A stretch of 64,000 nucleotides of DNA. Origin: Lama glama (lineage: Eukaryota). This document shows positions 1 to 12,890 of the stretch, piece by piece. The position numbers and the translations under genes were made by a program. The notes below the pieces were generated by a model. It saw only the letters and a program-made list of their open reading frames with translations, was not told the origin of the DNA and made no database searches. The stretch is from NCBI GenBank assembly GCA_028534125.1, contig CM052816.1, forward strand, positions 10,542,001 to 10,606,000. Direction: 5' to 3'. Position 1 is the first letter of the stretch, and each line of letters starts with the position of its first letter.

Positions 1-135
1 AAATATGTTATAAGGCAGCCAAGAAAGCAATTTCGTCTCATTTTATAAATTTATAACACCCTGAGGCTGCAGTTATGACTTCCCCAAAGTCACACAGCTA
101 GTTAAGCTAAAACTGGAATCAAAACTCAGGCCTTT
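1..135 (-). mobile_element. MIR SINE fragment
   Basis: ctgaggc...ccccaaagtcacacagctagtt...ggaatcaaaactcagg resembles the reverse-complement MIR core. Confidence 0.65.
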
Positions 136-549
136 TCTTTGCTAACCCAGGCCTTTTTCTGTCAAAGCCTACTGTCTATATTTAGTGATTATGCTTATTG
201 CTTTAGTTAACTTTGAATATCTACTTTATGCTTAAAAAGGAAGCCAAATCACTTCTGCTTCAAGAAAAAAGCTGACTTTCCTAATTGCAAACTTAACCAA
301 GTACTAGAGTATACATGCCTTGTGCATAGATCATTACCAATTAAAATTTGTAGAAGCAGCTGATGTAGCTAATCTTGCAGGAAGTAATGTGGCAAAAATT
401 AAAGCTTCCCTGCTCTGCATGTTCACATATATGCCTAGAAACGTAGCCAGTTTGTCTTGAAAGAGAAGATCCCACAGGATTTCTTATGTACTCAACGCTC
501 TTATGAGTACATCCCCAGGGTAGAAACCTTCTGGGTTCAATCTTTAGAT

Positions 550-771
550 CTGAGGTTGGCAAGCGAAATCCTTCAGACCAAATCCCGCCCACCTCAACTT
601 CTATAAACAAAGCTTTATTGCAGACAGCCATGTCCATTTGTGTATAAATTGCCGATGGCTGCTTTCATGCTTAAACAGCAGAGCTGAGTAATTGTGATAG
701 AAGTCACATAGCCCGCAAAGCCGGAAATACTTACCATCTGGCCCAATACAGAAAAACTTTGTTAAGCCCTG
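550..771 (+). mobile_element. MER58A-like hAT-Charlie non-autonomous DNA transposon
   Basis: Full-length resemblance (aaagctttattg...cagccatgtccatt...ggctgctttc...cagcagagctgagta...atctggccc...ccctg). The 8-bp flanks ctttagat/ctctagaa resemble the hAT NTCTAGAN target duplication. Confidence 0.85.
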
Positions 772-944
772 CTCTAGAATAAAAAGTTTTTTCCACGTTC
801 ACACTGTACAGATGAGTGTAAACTGGTGCATACTTTCTAGAAAGCGATTTGATCATCTTTATTAAGAAAATAAAAATGTACGTGGTCTTTAATGCAATAA
901 CTTCCGTTCCACAACGCCCTGGTTGACCGGTGATAGGTGATGTA

Positions 945-1130
945 ATTATCACTTAGAACTTCCTGCATGCTAGGCATGGTACTAAGCTCTTTACTGGCAC
1001 AATTTCATTTTAGTCTCCCATTTTAGTATACCAATGAGAAAACTCAGTTTTAAAGAGTTTAGTTTCCCAAGGTCACATCATTAGTAAATTAGAGTATTTT
1101 GGCACCCTGATTTCAAAGCCAATTGATCTT
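945..1130 (-). mobile_element. MIR interrupted by an L1 (resumes at about 1830)
   Basis: taggcatggtactaagctctttac...tttcccaaggtcacatcattagtaa is MIR-like. Confidence 0.6.
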
Positions 1131-1813
1131 TTTTTTTTAATTGAAGAGTAGTCGATTGACAATGTTTTGTTAGTTCCTGGTGTACAGCATGGTGATTTAG
1201 TCTCACACACACACACACACACGCATATATTCTTTTTCATTATAGGCTACTATAAGATATTGAATATAGTTTCCTGTGCTATACAGTAGGACCTTCTTGT
1301 TTATCTATTTTATATATAGTAGTGTGTGTGTGCAAATCCCAAATTCCCAATTTATTCCCCCCTCCCTTCCCTCCAGGTAACTGACAGTTTGTTTTCTATG
1401 TCTGTGAGTCTGTTTTTGTTTTGTCAATAAGTTCATTTGTATCACTTTTTAGATTCCACATATAAGTGATATCATATGGTATTTGTCTTCCTCTTTCTGG
1501 CTTACTTTACTTACTATGATAATCTCTAGGTCCATCCATGTTGCTGCAAATGGCATTATTTCATTCCTTTTTATGCCTGAGTAGTATTCCATTGTGTATG
1601 TGTCACAACTTCTTTATCTAATCATCTGTTGATGGACATTTAGGTTGCTTGCATGTCTTGGCTATTGTAAATAGTGCTACTATTAACATTGGGGTGCATT
1701 TATCTTGTCAAATTAGAGTTTTCTCCAGATATATGCCCAGGAGTGGGATTGCTGAATCGTATAGTAACTATTTCTAGTTTTTAAAAGAATTATCATACTG
1801 TTCTGCATAGTGT
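1131..1813 (-). mobile_element. 5'-truncated L1 (3' UTR and ORF2 C-terminus)
   Basis: Poly(T) at the left end, typical L1 3' sequence, and a perfect 16-bp TSD aaagccaattgatctt at 1115-1130 and 1814-1829. Confidence 0.93.
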
Positions 1814-1869
1814 AAAGCCAATTGATCTTAAACACTGTTTGTCACTGTCTATGGGTAAAAAAGAAGAGG

Positions 1870-2480
1870 TTTAATGATTATCCATTGCTATGTAACTAAC
1901 AAGCCTGTATTCAGTGGTATAAATAACCATTTTATTGTGCTAATAATAACTTTATGGTTTGGGAGTGTGGGCAGAGTACAGTGGAAATGGCTCATCTCTG
2001 CTCTATAATGGCTTCAAAGCTTGGTTTCTCAAATGTCTGAAGATGTCTCAGAAGTCCTCAGTGTCTTGTTTCTTGCTGTTAGCTTGCTTCCTTGGTTTTA
2101 TTCCACTTGCTTCTACTGGGGCTAAAATTTTCAAGAGGCATTATTCTTATGTTCAGTGCCTGAGCTGGTACTGCTGGGACATCTGGGGCTGGCTAAACAT
2201 CTCCCTGTTTTCACACGGCCTCTCCATATGGCTAGCTTGGGCTAGCAGGGCAGTTTCAGGGTATTGAGATCTCTTACATGACTGCTGGGTTGCCCTAAAG
2301 TGAGTGTTCCAAGAGAATGGAAGTGGATTCTGCCAGTTTCTTACAGTTTGTGCCCAGAAACTGGTGCAGACTCATTTCCACTGTACTCTACTAATCAAAG
2401 CAGTCGTAGAGCCCGCCCAGATTCAGGGAGTTGGGGACAGTAGAGTCAAAGAATTGGCAATCATCCTTAATCCGTCACAG
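1870..2480 (-). mobile_element. MaLR LTR (MLT1H-like)
   Basis: tatccattgctatgtaac...ggctcatctctgctc...ctctccatatggctagcttgggct...gcccgcccagattcaggga...tccgtcaca are MLT1-type motifs. Confidence 0.7.
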
Positions 2481-2924
2481 ATTTTTCCAGAGAAAATACA
2501 TTTTGAAAACATCGATTATATTACCACCTCAGGGTGATTTCCGATGTACTTATGTTTATTAAAGACTGTGAGAATTCCTGGATTGAACCAAACTACTTCC
2601 CACACACATTCAACCATAGAATATTATTTTTGCACTACAACTGTTAATATCCTACAGCACTCACTTTATGAAATATTTTTCTAAGGAAAGACTCTGAAAT
2701 GGGATAGTCTTACGCACAAAGATCTTCTTTGCACTATTATTTGTGATATGTTAATGTTTACACAGCTCGATGTTAAATATCCGATATTAGAGAACTGGTT
2801 AGATAAATAATGTTTCTATAATAGGATATCTTACAGGCATTAGAATTATATTTACAGAGTCTGCCTATCTAAAATTATGTTTACATTGTAAAATGCTTAT
2901 GCCCTATTTTGTTTGGTTTTGTTT

Positions 2925-4110
2925 TGTCTTAGCTCTTCATTTTAAGATCATGGTAGGCTCACATGTAGTTGTAAGAAATAGTACAGCAAGATCCTGTGCA
3001 TCCTTTCCTCAGTTCCCTCAAGGGCACTGTTCTGCACAGCTGCAGTCCAATATCACAACCAAGAAACTGATATTGACACAATCCACTGACCTTATTCAGA
3101 TTTTACCAGTTTTACATGCACATGTGTATGTGTGTGTTCAGTTCTAAGCAGTGTTGTAATATGTACTTCATGTAACCACCACCGTAGTCCATGTTCAGAG
3201 CATTTTCATCACAAGAATCCCTCATGCCACCCTTTTGCAGGCACAGGCACCTGCTTGCCCACTTCTCCTGATAATCACTGATGTGTTTTCCATCACTATC
3301 ATTTTGTCATTTCAAGAATGTTATATGAATACATACAATATGTAACCTTTTAAGATTGGCTTTAATACTTTTACTTCAATTTTTTTATTGAGACAGTTGA
3401 TTTGCAATGTTGTGTTAATTTCTGGTGTACAGCATAGTGATTCAGTTATATATATAATCTCTTCTATATTCTTTTTCATTATAGGTTATTGTAAGACAAT
3501 GAGTATAGTTTCCTGTGTTATACAGTAGGACCTTGTTGTTTATCCATTTTACATATAGTAGTTTGTTTCTGCTAATCCCAGACTCCTAATTATCCCTCCC
3601 CCCTTTCCCCTTTGGTAACCATAATTTTGTTTTCTATGTCTGTGAGTCTGTTTCTGTTTTGTAAATAAGTTCACTTATGTCATTTTTTTGATTCCACATA
3701 TAAGTGATTTCATACTGTATTTGTCTTTCTCTGCCTGACTTACTTCACTTAGAATAACAGTCTCTAAGTCCATCCATATTGCTGCACATAACATTATTTC
3801 ATTCTTTTTTGTGGCCAAGTAGTATTTCATGATGTGGAATTTGAATTTATTTTACTTAGCATAATTTTATTGTAATTCATCCAAGTTTTACATATATAAA
3901 TAGTTCTTCCTTTTCAGTGCTGATTAATATTCTGTGATGTAATATACCACAGTTTGTTTACCCATTCAGTCAGTGAAGAACATTGGGGTTATATCCAGCT
4001 TTGGGCTATTACAAATAAAGCTGCTGTGATGACTTTGGTACAGGTTTTTGTATAAATATAAGGTTTCATTTCTCTAGGATAAATACTCAGGAGTGGAGTT
4101 TTAGGTTGTA
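2925..4110 (-). mobile_element. Old L1 3' end (L1MC-like) carrying a nested younger L1
   Basis: gtagttgtaagaaatagtacag...atcacaaccaagaaactgatattgacacaat...ccacagtttgtttacccattca are old L1 3' UTR motifs. Confidence 0.75.
3377..3849 (-). mobile_element. Younger L1 3' UTR nested in the old L1
   Basis: Similar to the 1131-1813 element. Possible 8-bp TSD ttttactt (3369-3376 and 3850-3857). Confidence 0.8.
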
Positions 4111-4859
4111 TGGCTATAATTTTAAGTACAAAAAAACCCCAGCAGAATTGTATGTGAAATGTATATTAAAATATATATCAAAAAACTGGAAACAAATCTC
4201 TAAAATATTAACAATGGTTACTAATTGGTGAAAGATTTACAAATATTTTCAAAGCTTTTTTATATTTCTCTAATTTCCAAATTTTTCCTAATGAATATAA
4301 ATTATTTTTAGACTTAAAAAAGTTTTTTTAAAGATAAGAAATGCACTTAAGAATGGAAGGAAATGTGCTAAAATACTTAAAGTAACTTTCTAAATAATGA
4401 GACTAGGCAATTTTCATCTTTAAAATGTTAAAGAATTTTCTGAAATTCGTTTGAGCATGTAGTACTCTTAAAATTAGGATATATGCTGTTTTAAATGGTG
4501 AAATTATTCTTGTGTACTATATTCAGATTTTAGTCTCCATTTTTCTATGGATGCATATTTGTGAATAGCGACTTTCAGTACCTGATACTTTTTTAAATGC
4601 TTATTTTATTTCCTGTTGCATCTTGAAATTTCTGTTTCGGTGGACATCTTGTGGTACCTGTTACTTTTCCTAAATTCTCCACATCAAGTCAAAAATCAAC
4701 TTCAGATCTCTTGAAAAATTAATTACAGTTGTTTGGTCCAAGCTTCTGCCCCTTAACTTTGATTACAAAGTTTGAATCTTCCCAAAAGCTATAGTGGCAC
4801 AATATTTTAGCACAGAGTGATGTCCTGCGTCTAATGGAATTAATCTAAAGAATAAATTA

Positions 4860-5105
4860 GGGGGAGGGTATAGCTTAGTGGCAGAGTGCATACCTAGCAT
4901 GCACAAGGTCCTAGGTTCAATCCCTAGTACCTCCCTTTAAAAATATGTATATTAAATACATACATACATACATACGTACATATATACATACATACACATA
5001 CCTAATTACTTCCCCCGCAACAACAAAAAGATTTTTAAAAATTTAAAAAAGGAAAAATCCAAAAATAAACAAGTAAATAAATAAATAAACAATAGGAAAA
5101 AAAAG
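4860..5105 (+). mobile_element. tRNA-derived SINE (camelid vic-1-like)
   Basis: Pol III A box (tagcttagtgg) and B box (ggttcaatccc), a (TACA)n stretch, an A-rich tail, and TSD gaataaatta (4850-4859 and 5106-5115). Confidence 0.88.
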
Positions 5106-6289
5106 GAATAAATTAACAGCTGGTAACTTCCTTTGGGTCTTTTTCTTTTTCTGCATCATTCCACCCTCCCCACTCCCCACCTGTTTCTCTTCTGTGATCA
5201 TATAAACAGATATTTTCTCTGCTTAGGACCCTATCACCAAGCCATCTAGTGACTAATAATAATTTACTAGTCATCTTAAAGTAAAAATTCATCAAAGTTT
5301 GATGTTCCTGTGGCTGAGTTTCTAGAGTTGAGTTTTTTTATCATATAAATAATTTTATCCACCAGAAATGTTAAATTTTGAAACACACCTTTGTTGAATC
5401 TTCAATAACGTGCTTTCTCCTGGCTTCCAACTTCATGAGGTAGAATTCATTCAAGATAGTTTACAGTGATTTGTGTGCTGAACATTATACAGTATACTGA
5501 ACATGGGCTGTTTTCTCTTTAGGGGGAAAAAAAAGTGGAGCTCATGAGAATTGTCTTGGAAGGAATTTACAGGTACTCATTTATTCTTCCTCATCAGAGG
5601 ACCCTGAACCATCTCTCCTTTGTAGTTAATGGAAGGGTGGTGAAGGCCAAGAGAGTTAAGTGGCTTCGACAGGGGGACAAGAAAGTCAGTGACTCTGAGT
5701 CTGTCCTTTCCAGTTCCCATGTTTGTGCTCAGATAGCCTGGTCCTTGAGGGAAAGTGAGAAAAGAATGAGCCCCCGCATTGTACCAATGACATCTGCTTA
5801 GAAAAAGCAACACTGAAGCTGGTTTAGTTTCTATTTTCCTCATGTAATTAACCCCTGGGCAGAGAGAGACCATCAGAATATCACTGAACTCTCACTGGGC
5901 CAACGGTGTAGAGTTGCTCAGAAGGTAAGATAAACTACTTTGCTCAACCAGTTTTCCAACTGATTCCGTCATCAGCAATTCAAAATTCTTTCCAAAACGG
6001 GTCATCTTTCGTAGTATGACTCCAGGGCCCAATTTGTAATTCCAGGGGCCAAAAGGTAAGAATTCAGCCTCATTAAGACATGCAATATTTTTGTCCCTGG
6101 TGCTTTTACCAAGAAACATTTCAAGGAAGGGAGTAAACAGCTAATGCTTGTGGAAAACTGAGTTGGCACAGGCTAGAGCTAATCAAACTGGTGAGTAACT
6201 TTGTGTTCCCACGTTTCAAATCCCATTTCAAATACGCATTCCCGGGGAAGGCGGCATTGTCCGAAGAACTGTGAAAATGTTAATGTGGT

Positions 6290-6938
6290 GTAGCCAGCAC
6301 TTTTTTCTTCCCCCATCAGTGTATGTGTCATTCACTATCCCTGACTTTGTGGCCAAGAGAATGAATACATAATCTAAAAGAAGAGCCAGGTGTCACATGT
6401 GTTGTTTCTATGGCTCCTGAATACAGCTTTCTTCTGATCCCAAATTGAAATTTCCTTTGAAAATGATCCTTCCCCCATTTTTAGACTTGGTGTTTATTCC
6501 ACACCTAGCCAAGGCATGGAGCATGTGACCTAAATCCACATCAGTCCGTGTGCCCCATTGCTTCGGGTAGTGACTGATTCAGTAATGAGCATAAGCCCTA
6601 ATTAATGCTCACGAGACGCAATGACATTGTCATGGGAATCTTGAGAGAAGAACATCTTTCGCTTTCCGTTAGAAGGGAACAAGACACAAAGGCTGGAGCT
6701 GTGACAGCCATTTTGTGAGCAGTGGGACTGAGAATGGAGTAAATATTAAGAATGAGGTCAAGAAACAAAGTAAAACCCTATCCTGTTGGCATCATATGAG
6801 CCTTGAATCAAACCATTTCTAAAGGAGAACTACTCCTAGACTCCTCAGTTTTATGAGCTGATAATCCTTTTTCTTTCCTCTTTCTGAAGCCTTTTTTGAG
6901 AGGATTGCTATCATTTAAACCGAGTCTTGACCAATACA
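6290..6938 (+). mobile_element. ERVL-type LTR (LTR16/LTR33-like)
   Basis: gagcatgtgacc, ggctggagctgtgacagccattttg, tgagccttgaatcaaacc and the terminal gagtcttgaccaataca. Confidence 0.6.
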
Positions 6939-7339
6939 CATAAGAACAAAGAGACCATGTGGCAAGTGCCATGGCAGATATGTGGACTAAGTAAAGCCAG
7001 AGTCCAGGAGACCAACGCTTACTTCAGCCCAAGTCATGTGGAAAGGGGACAGTGTTCTCTGGAGAGAGGGTGACACCAGTCCTTTGTGCACCTGTCATCC
7101 CTGAATTAATCTCCGCTTTGTAAGGATGTTGATTTCAAGAGAATCATTTTCACACTTTTAGGATCTGGCCACAAAGTATCCATCAGGCAGAAGGAAGAAC
7201 AGATTAGGATCTAGTTTGGAGGCCTAATGCATAAAAATACATCAATCTCAAAATTTATATTGAATATCTACAATGGATTTTAATTGTGTTTAGAGCCAAG
7301 GCAGTTACAAAAGACAAGTGAGATCTTTATAAAAGCTTT

Positions 7340-7730
7340 TCCCTATCCAAAGTCCATTCCTCTTATTCCAGAATTTCTCTGGGGAAACCTTTTCTCCTCT
7401 TCACTTGGCTCAGGTGGTTGGATGGGGCTGACCACACATCTGCAGCTCCAGGGAGGTCATATGATGGAAGCCAGGCCAGTGCAGAGCCCTATCTCCTGGG
7501 ATATCCGTGGGAGTGTCTGGAGAAAGGCAGCCTCTGTTCCTCTGGACTTGGTGCTGTGAGGGTGTGAGCATGGTGCTTTCAATATGAGGGATGAGCCTCC
7601 AAGGAAACAGCAGAGATGGAAGCAGACCTGAGAGATGCAGAGACTGGACTCCAGCCCATGGATCCAGCTGTACTTGACCTAACCCTGGACGCTAGGCTAC
7701 ATGAGCAATCAAATACCTTTAATTCAGAAT
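7340..7730 (+). mobile_element. Degenerate ERVL-type LTR fragment (LTR16/LTR33-like)
   Basis: cagctccagggaggtcatatga...ggatccagctgtacttga...tacatgagcaatcaaatacc. Confidence 0.5.
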
Positions 7731-8159
7731 CTTAGTTTATCTAGTATCATCTTAATATATCAGTATTTGGGGGGTGCCTGCTATGTTTACTGTACTGAAC
7801 TCTGACCGCAGGGAGCTTACTAATTGGGGAGATAAGTCTCACAAGGATGAAAGAATTCGAGCATATGATGATGGCTATTTCAGAGAAGGGAGACCTCAGT
7901 GTGAGCCAAAGGCTTTTGGAAGGAGTTGGGACCTGAGCTGAAATGTGAATTATGTGTCACCCATGCTTCGTTTTTCATGAAATGTGTCAGCAGACCATAC
8001 TGGGCCTCGTTGACATGCATCTGTTTTAACAAATTAATGTTCCAATTCTCAAGCTACTCATTTGGCAGAAGGAACAATTTCATTCCCCGTTATAAGTGGA
8101 AGGAGCAAAAGAACACAAGAGAAAGGGAGGATGGAAAAGACATTTTTTAATTTATTTAA

Positions 8160-8282
8160 ATGTGGTAGTTGTAGTGACAGCATAGTTGTGACAGCAGTAG
8201 TGGAGGTAGGGGTAGGTGGAGGAGGAGGAGGAGGAGTAATGGTAGTAGTAATATGGTGATAGTGGCGGTAGCAGTAATAGTG
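8160..8282 (+). repeat. Low-complexity (GTA/GGT/GGA)n tract
   Basis: Directly visible degenerate trinucleotide repeats. Confidence 0.85.
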
Positions 8283-8289
8283 TTGGTTT

Positions 8290-8520
8290 TTATTTATTCA
8301 GTTTGTACTATCTATCTGGTTGCATTGCCGATTGATATATAAATGCATTTCCTTACAGAATCCTCATAACAGCTCTAGGAAGTGGTTATCATTCATCATC
8401 TTCATTCTATAAATGGGGCCAAGATGTAGAGAGGTGAGGTGCTGGAATCAGGGTCACAGAGCCCAGATTTACGTCCCTGCCCATCTAACCTCAGAATGTG
8501 TGCATTTAACGACTAATCAT
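8290..8520 (-). mobile_element. MIR SINE
   Basis: aatcctcataacagctctagg...aaatggggccaagatgtagagaggtgagg...gggtcacaga. Confidence 0.6.
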
Positions 8521-9379
8521 TTCGCCCTGTTTCTAATCCTAAAGAGTGAAGTATGTGGCTTGATACCAATAAAGGTGCATAGAATATTTCAAACCTCAGC
8601 TTGGAACCAGTTGAGATGTCTTCTAAACGCCCCACCGGAGGCACCTGCTGGACCAGTCCGGGCGTTGGGGATATTGGGAGTAGATCCTGGGGATGAGTAT
8701 CTGCTAGTGACAAGCAGATCAGTCTTCTTTAGAGGATGGAGCTTCCGCCTTAATTCCTTCATCTTAATGTGTGCATTGACTACTTGGTGAGAATTGTTTA
8801 TATAAAAGAAGTTTGGGTACAAATGCCAGAGAAATGGCTCATCACTTCCCCCCCCCCCAAACATGATTGCTTGCTGGAGTGCCATTTTACATTTTACTTG
8901 GCAAATACACTTGGAACAGGGAAGTGGTGTTTTGAAAACATCTCTTACCAAACCATGTTTAGAAAATACGATTGAATTCCATCCTTTGGACTTTATTTTA
9001 GGTCGCCTGCTTATCCTACTTTACCAATTGCTTGGTTATTTTTAGGTTCTGAAGCCAGTGCCAGCATGTGACAAGTAAACTCAAGGAGAGTTTATTAAAT
9101 TGGATTTGTAATTGCCCAGCAATCTCGGTGGTTGTCTCTTGAAATCAGCCTTAATACCGTCAGTAATGAGACTTGGGTCAGGGAATCTCTTTTTTCTGTT
9201 ATTTCTCTAGATTGGTGATGGTGAGGTTTTTCATGTGACTGACACACCGTCTTTACCCCCTGGATCTCTACCCCACCTCAATGATATGGAAGATTTAGCC
9301 AAAGAGATACACTATTTCTAAGCCAAGGTGTCAGAGGAATACAATAGCAGGGAACATTTCAGGAAGTTAAAACAATCTG

Positions 9380-9600
9380 AGCAGAGGGCAAGGCTGGGAA
9401 GTGCATGACTGTCTGGGTCTGCAATTTATTGGCTTTGGATAACCTTGAGTCACATACTTAGCCTCTCTAAGCCTCAGTTTCCACTTCTTCAGAAATGGGT
9501 ATAACAGTACCTATCTCTTCGGATTTCTGTGAGGACTAAGTGAAATCATGCTTAGCGCACAGTAATTAGTGAAAATTAGTTGCTATCATCAACATTATTT
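9380..9600 (+). mobile_element. MIR SINE
   Basis: cttagcctctctaagcctcagtttcc...aaatgggtataacagtacctatctc...gtgaggactaagtga. Confidence 0.8.
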
Positions 9601-10084
9601 TTTTAAATTTCAAGAACATGGAGCTGTGAACTTTTCAGCTCATCACTTGAGCTGAAAAGACGCTCCTTTTCCTTCTGCTCAGGCACTTGAAGGCCAGAGC
9701 CAACTGATGACTCAGTTGCTGTACCCAGCAGCGAAAACCTGGGAGGGGCAGAGACCAGAGAGTGACTGAGGGGTGAGCTAGGACTCTGGGGACAGGTGCC
9801 CACAATTGTGTGGATAATGGTAACAATGGAGGCAACAAAAGCCACCACCAGGAGAACGGCCCTGTTTTCTGCAGCCTGTGAACCCATGTGTCCTTGGTGG
9901 TGTTTCCTTTGACAGCCTTAAACTTTCAGGAGGCATCATCTTTTTTTTTTTTTGAAAGCAGACCAACTATAAATAATGAATAAGTGAATAAACAGTCCTC
10001 TGGGTACAGTGCCCAGCAGACAAGTCCTCAGCCAGTATCTTCAAGTTTTTTTTTTTAAAGGACTATTGCTATTAATCAGGAAGG

Positions 10085-10470
10085 TGCCGTGGACTGAATT
10101 ATGTCCTCCCCTCCCCCCAAATTGCAGAAGTTGAAGCCCTAACTCCCAGTGTGATGGATTTGGAGGTGGGGCCTTTGGGAGGTAATTAGATTTAGAGTCA
10201 GCCATGAAGATGAGACCCTTGTGGTAGGATTAGTGTCCTTATGTAAGAAGAGACACCAGTGAGCCTGCACACCCTCTCTCTCCCCTCCATGTGAGGACAC
10301 AGCAAGGAGGCGGCTGTCTACAAGCCACAAAGAGAGCCCTCACCAGAGTCTACCCATGCTGGCATCTGGATCGTGGACTTCTAGCCTCCAGAACTACAAA
10401 GAATACATTTCTGTTGCCAAGCTGCTCAGTCTCTGGTAATTTGTAACGGCAGCCCAAGCCAACCAGGATA
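10085..10470 (+). mobile_element. MaLR solo LTR (MLT1A-like)
   Basis: Starts tg and contains ggtggggcctttgggaggtaattag, ccatgtgaggacacagcaag and ggacttctagcctccagaact. Near-TSD gaagg/ggagg. Confidence 0.85.
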
Positions 10471-11413
10471 GGAGGGTTCTCTGCAGTCACTGATGACAGA
10501 CGTGCTCCCTTATGCGGGACAGAGGAGAGGGGACCTGGGGCATGAGGTGGCACACGAGCTGGCCCTGTGACAGTCGGAGGATGGTGGCAAAGACCCTGGA
10601 GTGCAAACAAGTTGCCCAGGTTCTGAGAGTCACTGGTCAGGTGGAGGGAGCTCTGGCTCTGAAGGGAAACTGACCTGAAGTGCACACTCTGACCGTCGGT
10701 CTCGGGGCCATGGGTAGTGTATCCACGTCTCTCCGAGACTCAGTTTCTTGATATTGTAGAGAAGGGTTAGGCGACTATATAGGCTAATAGCCTATATATT
10801 ATAATAATAGGCTAATATTAAATGAGGCCTGCCACCTTCTATGTACTGTATAAATGTTCACTGTGCCCTTTTCATTTCTAATGGAAGATTTTATTTTTAA
10901 AGTGAGGAAAATGAGGGGAAGAGGAAGGAAGAGAGCCTTAATGCCTTCTTTAATGAAAATCCCTCAGGTGGTAAATGCAGGGTTAGACACAAGGGCAGGC
11001 TCCTCAGACGTCAGAGCAACGGTTTCTGTGGGGAATTGTGTTCATTTTCAAGGGCTGAGATTAGTTGCTGACATACAGTGTTTGTCCACTAAATTATAGT
11101 GGCTACTATTATCTCTGTTGAATCAGTTGCAGTGATCTTTGTCACTGTTCCTTAGGACAGACCTGGGATTCCAGTCTGGGTCTCATTACAAGCTGTCATG
11201 GGTGGATGTGGGGCACCAATCAAGACCGAAGTATTTCCCAGGAAAATAGGTGCTTCTGCTTTCTCCAGGGTTGAAACAAACTCTTGCAAGAGATACTAGA
11301 GCAGTCAGTTAAGCCTCCTGGTCTTAGAATCAAGACTAGCAGCTACTTTTTGTGTGATCTGGTCAAGTCACTTCACCCCTTGGTGCCTGCTTCCTCATCG
11401 CAAAGTAGGCTTA

Positions 11414-11919
11414 TGTGATGGTTCATTTTATAACACCTTGACTGGGCTAAGAGGAAGCTCAGGCTGCTGGTAAACATGGTTTCTGAGTGTGTCTATGAGG
11501 GCGGCTGTGGAAGAGAGTAGCACTGGAACCAGCGAAGTAAGAAAAGGAGACCACACTTCCCAGTGGGGCAGGCATTGTCCAGTCTGTTAGGCTGAGAGCC
11601 TGAACAGAATGAAAAGGCAGAGGAAGGGCCAGTTTGCTTTCTCTGCTTGAGTTGAGACATCTGTCTTCTCCTAACGTACCCTCAGACATCATTGCCCCTG
11701 GTTCTGGGGCTTTCAGCTTCATACTGATAACTTACCCAGTGGGTGCCCTGATTCTCACCTGAATTACACCACCCGCTCTCCTGGGTCCCCACCCTGCAAA
11801 CAGCAGGTTGTGGGACTTCTCAGCCTCTATAATCATGTGAGCTGATCCGTCTAATAAATCTCCTCTTACCTGTACCTCTATATATCCTATTGGTTCTGTT
11901 TCTCTGGAGAACCCTGGCA
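11414..11919 (+). mobile_element. ERVL solo LTR (MLT2-like) inserted in a MIR
   Basis: tgtgatggtt...cttgactgggctaag...tcctattggttctgtttctctggagaaccctg..ca, with a perfect 5-bp TSD gctta (11409-11413 and 11920-11924). MIR halves lie at about 11295-11413 and 11925-12035. Confidence 0.88.
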
Positions 11920-12669
11920 GCTTAATAATGAGTCCCCTCTTGGAGGTGGTTGTAGGAATTAAATAAGGCAATTCTTGTAAAACAGCCAGAATGGTGCCTG
12001 GTATACCGAGGACTCAATACTTGGTAGTTATTATTAACAGTGTTTATTATTGTTCTAGAAAGGTCTTTGACCCCTTTGGCTGACCCATTACACAGATGAG
12101 AAATATTTCAGCTCGGCACCTTCCAAGGTTGCCTTTGATTTCTGTTCTAGAACCCAAGGTCATGAAAACTGAGACACAATTTGCATGACCTCGGGTTATG
12201 CATTGTTTCCCTGAAGTGAGGCAGGGTGGCATCCAGGAGAGGGCAGCACAGGCTCCCTGCTCTTCCGCCCAGAGAGCTGTTTCCACCTTAAAAGTCTGAG
12301 AAGGGCCTGCAGCCTCCCCAGCCAACCTACACTCCCTGTTGGGCTGGGACACAACCAGATTCTGACTGAATTTGTGAAGAGTGGACTCCAAACTCCATGG
12401 GAAAATATCCTGTATGTCGACATATGGGGATATATAGGCACAGGGGTGCCTGTTGATGAATAGAAATGTGCACCAGAGATTTTGAAATTGCAGAAGTCTA
12501 TGGATTGAACCAGAAAAGAGCTCAAACCTGTAGAACGTGGGGCCCTGAGCCACCATCACCTGGAGTTCAAGGCTGTCCATCTTTAGCTTTTATAACTGGA
12601 AACAGGTCTATTTGCTAGTGATTCATTCATAACAGCCATTTATTGTAATGCAGTAAATCACCATTTCTG

Positions 12670-12890
12670 GGGACTTTACTGGGTGGCAGGCACCAGGCTC
12701 AGTTCTGGACCCACATCACTCTTTCCTGTTCTCACCACTCTATGAATGAGTTGCTGTCATTATCTCCCAGTGGGGAGACCAGGAAACCAAGACTCAGAGA
12801 CTAAATAATTTCTGCTAAGTCACACGCACCACAAAAGTATGGCGAAGCCCAAAACTGAACCCAGGTTGTTTGGTTCCATACCTGTGAAAC
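12670..12890 (-). mobile_element. MIR SINE
   Basis: ggaaaccaagactcagagactaaataatttctgctaagtcacac...ctgaacccagg. Confidence 0.65.

Noticed and set aside
4860..4935. tRNA-like sequences here and at about 16799 and 47167
   Set aside because: They have A and B boxes but also A-rich tails, target-site duplications and degraded stems, so they are SINEs rather than tRNA genes.
8160..8282. Trinucleotide-rich tract as a possible SCA12-type repeat
   Set aside because: It is degenerate GTA/GGT/GGA rather than CAG, and the SCA12 repeat lies near the Bbeta1 exon outside this window.
12047..12580. 177-aa and overlapping 109-aa minus-strand ORFs
   Set aside because: No recognisable protein family or exon structure; the length is compatible with chance.
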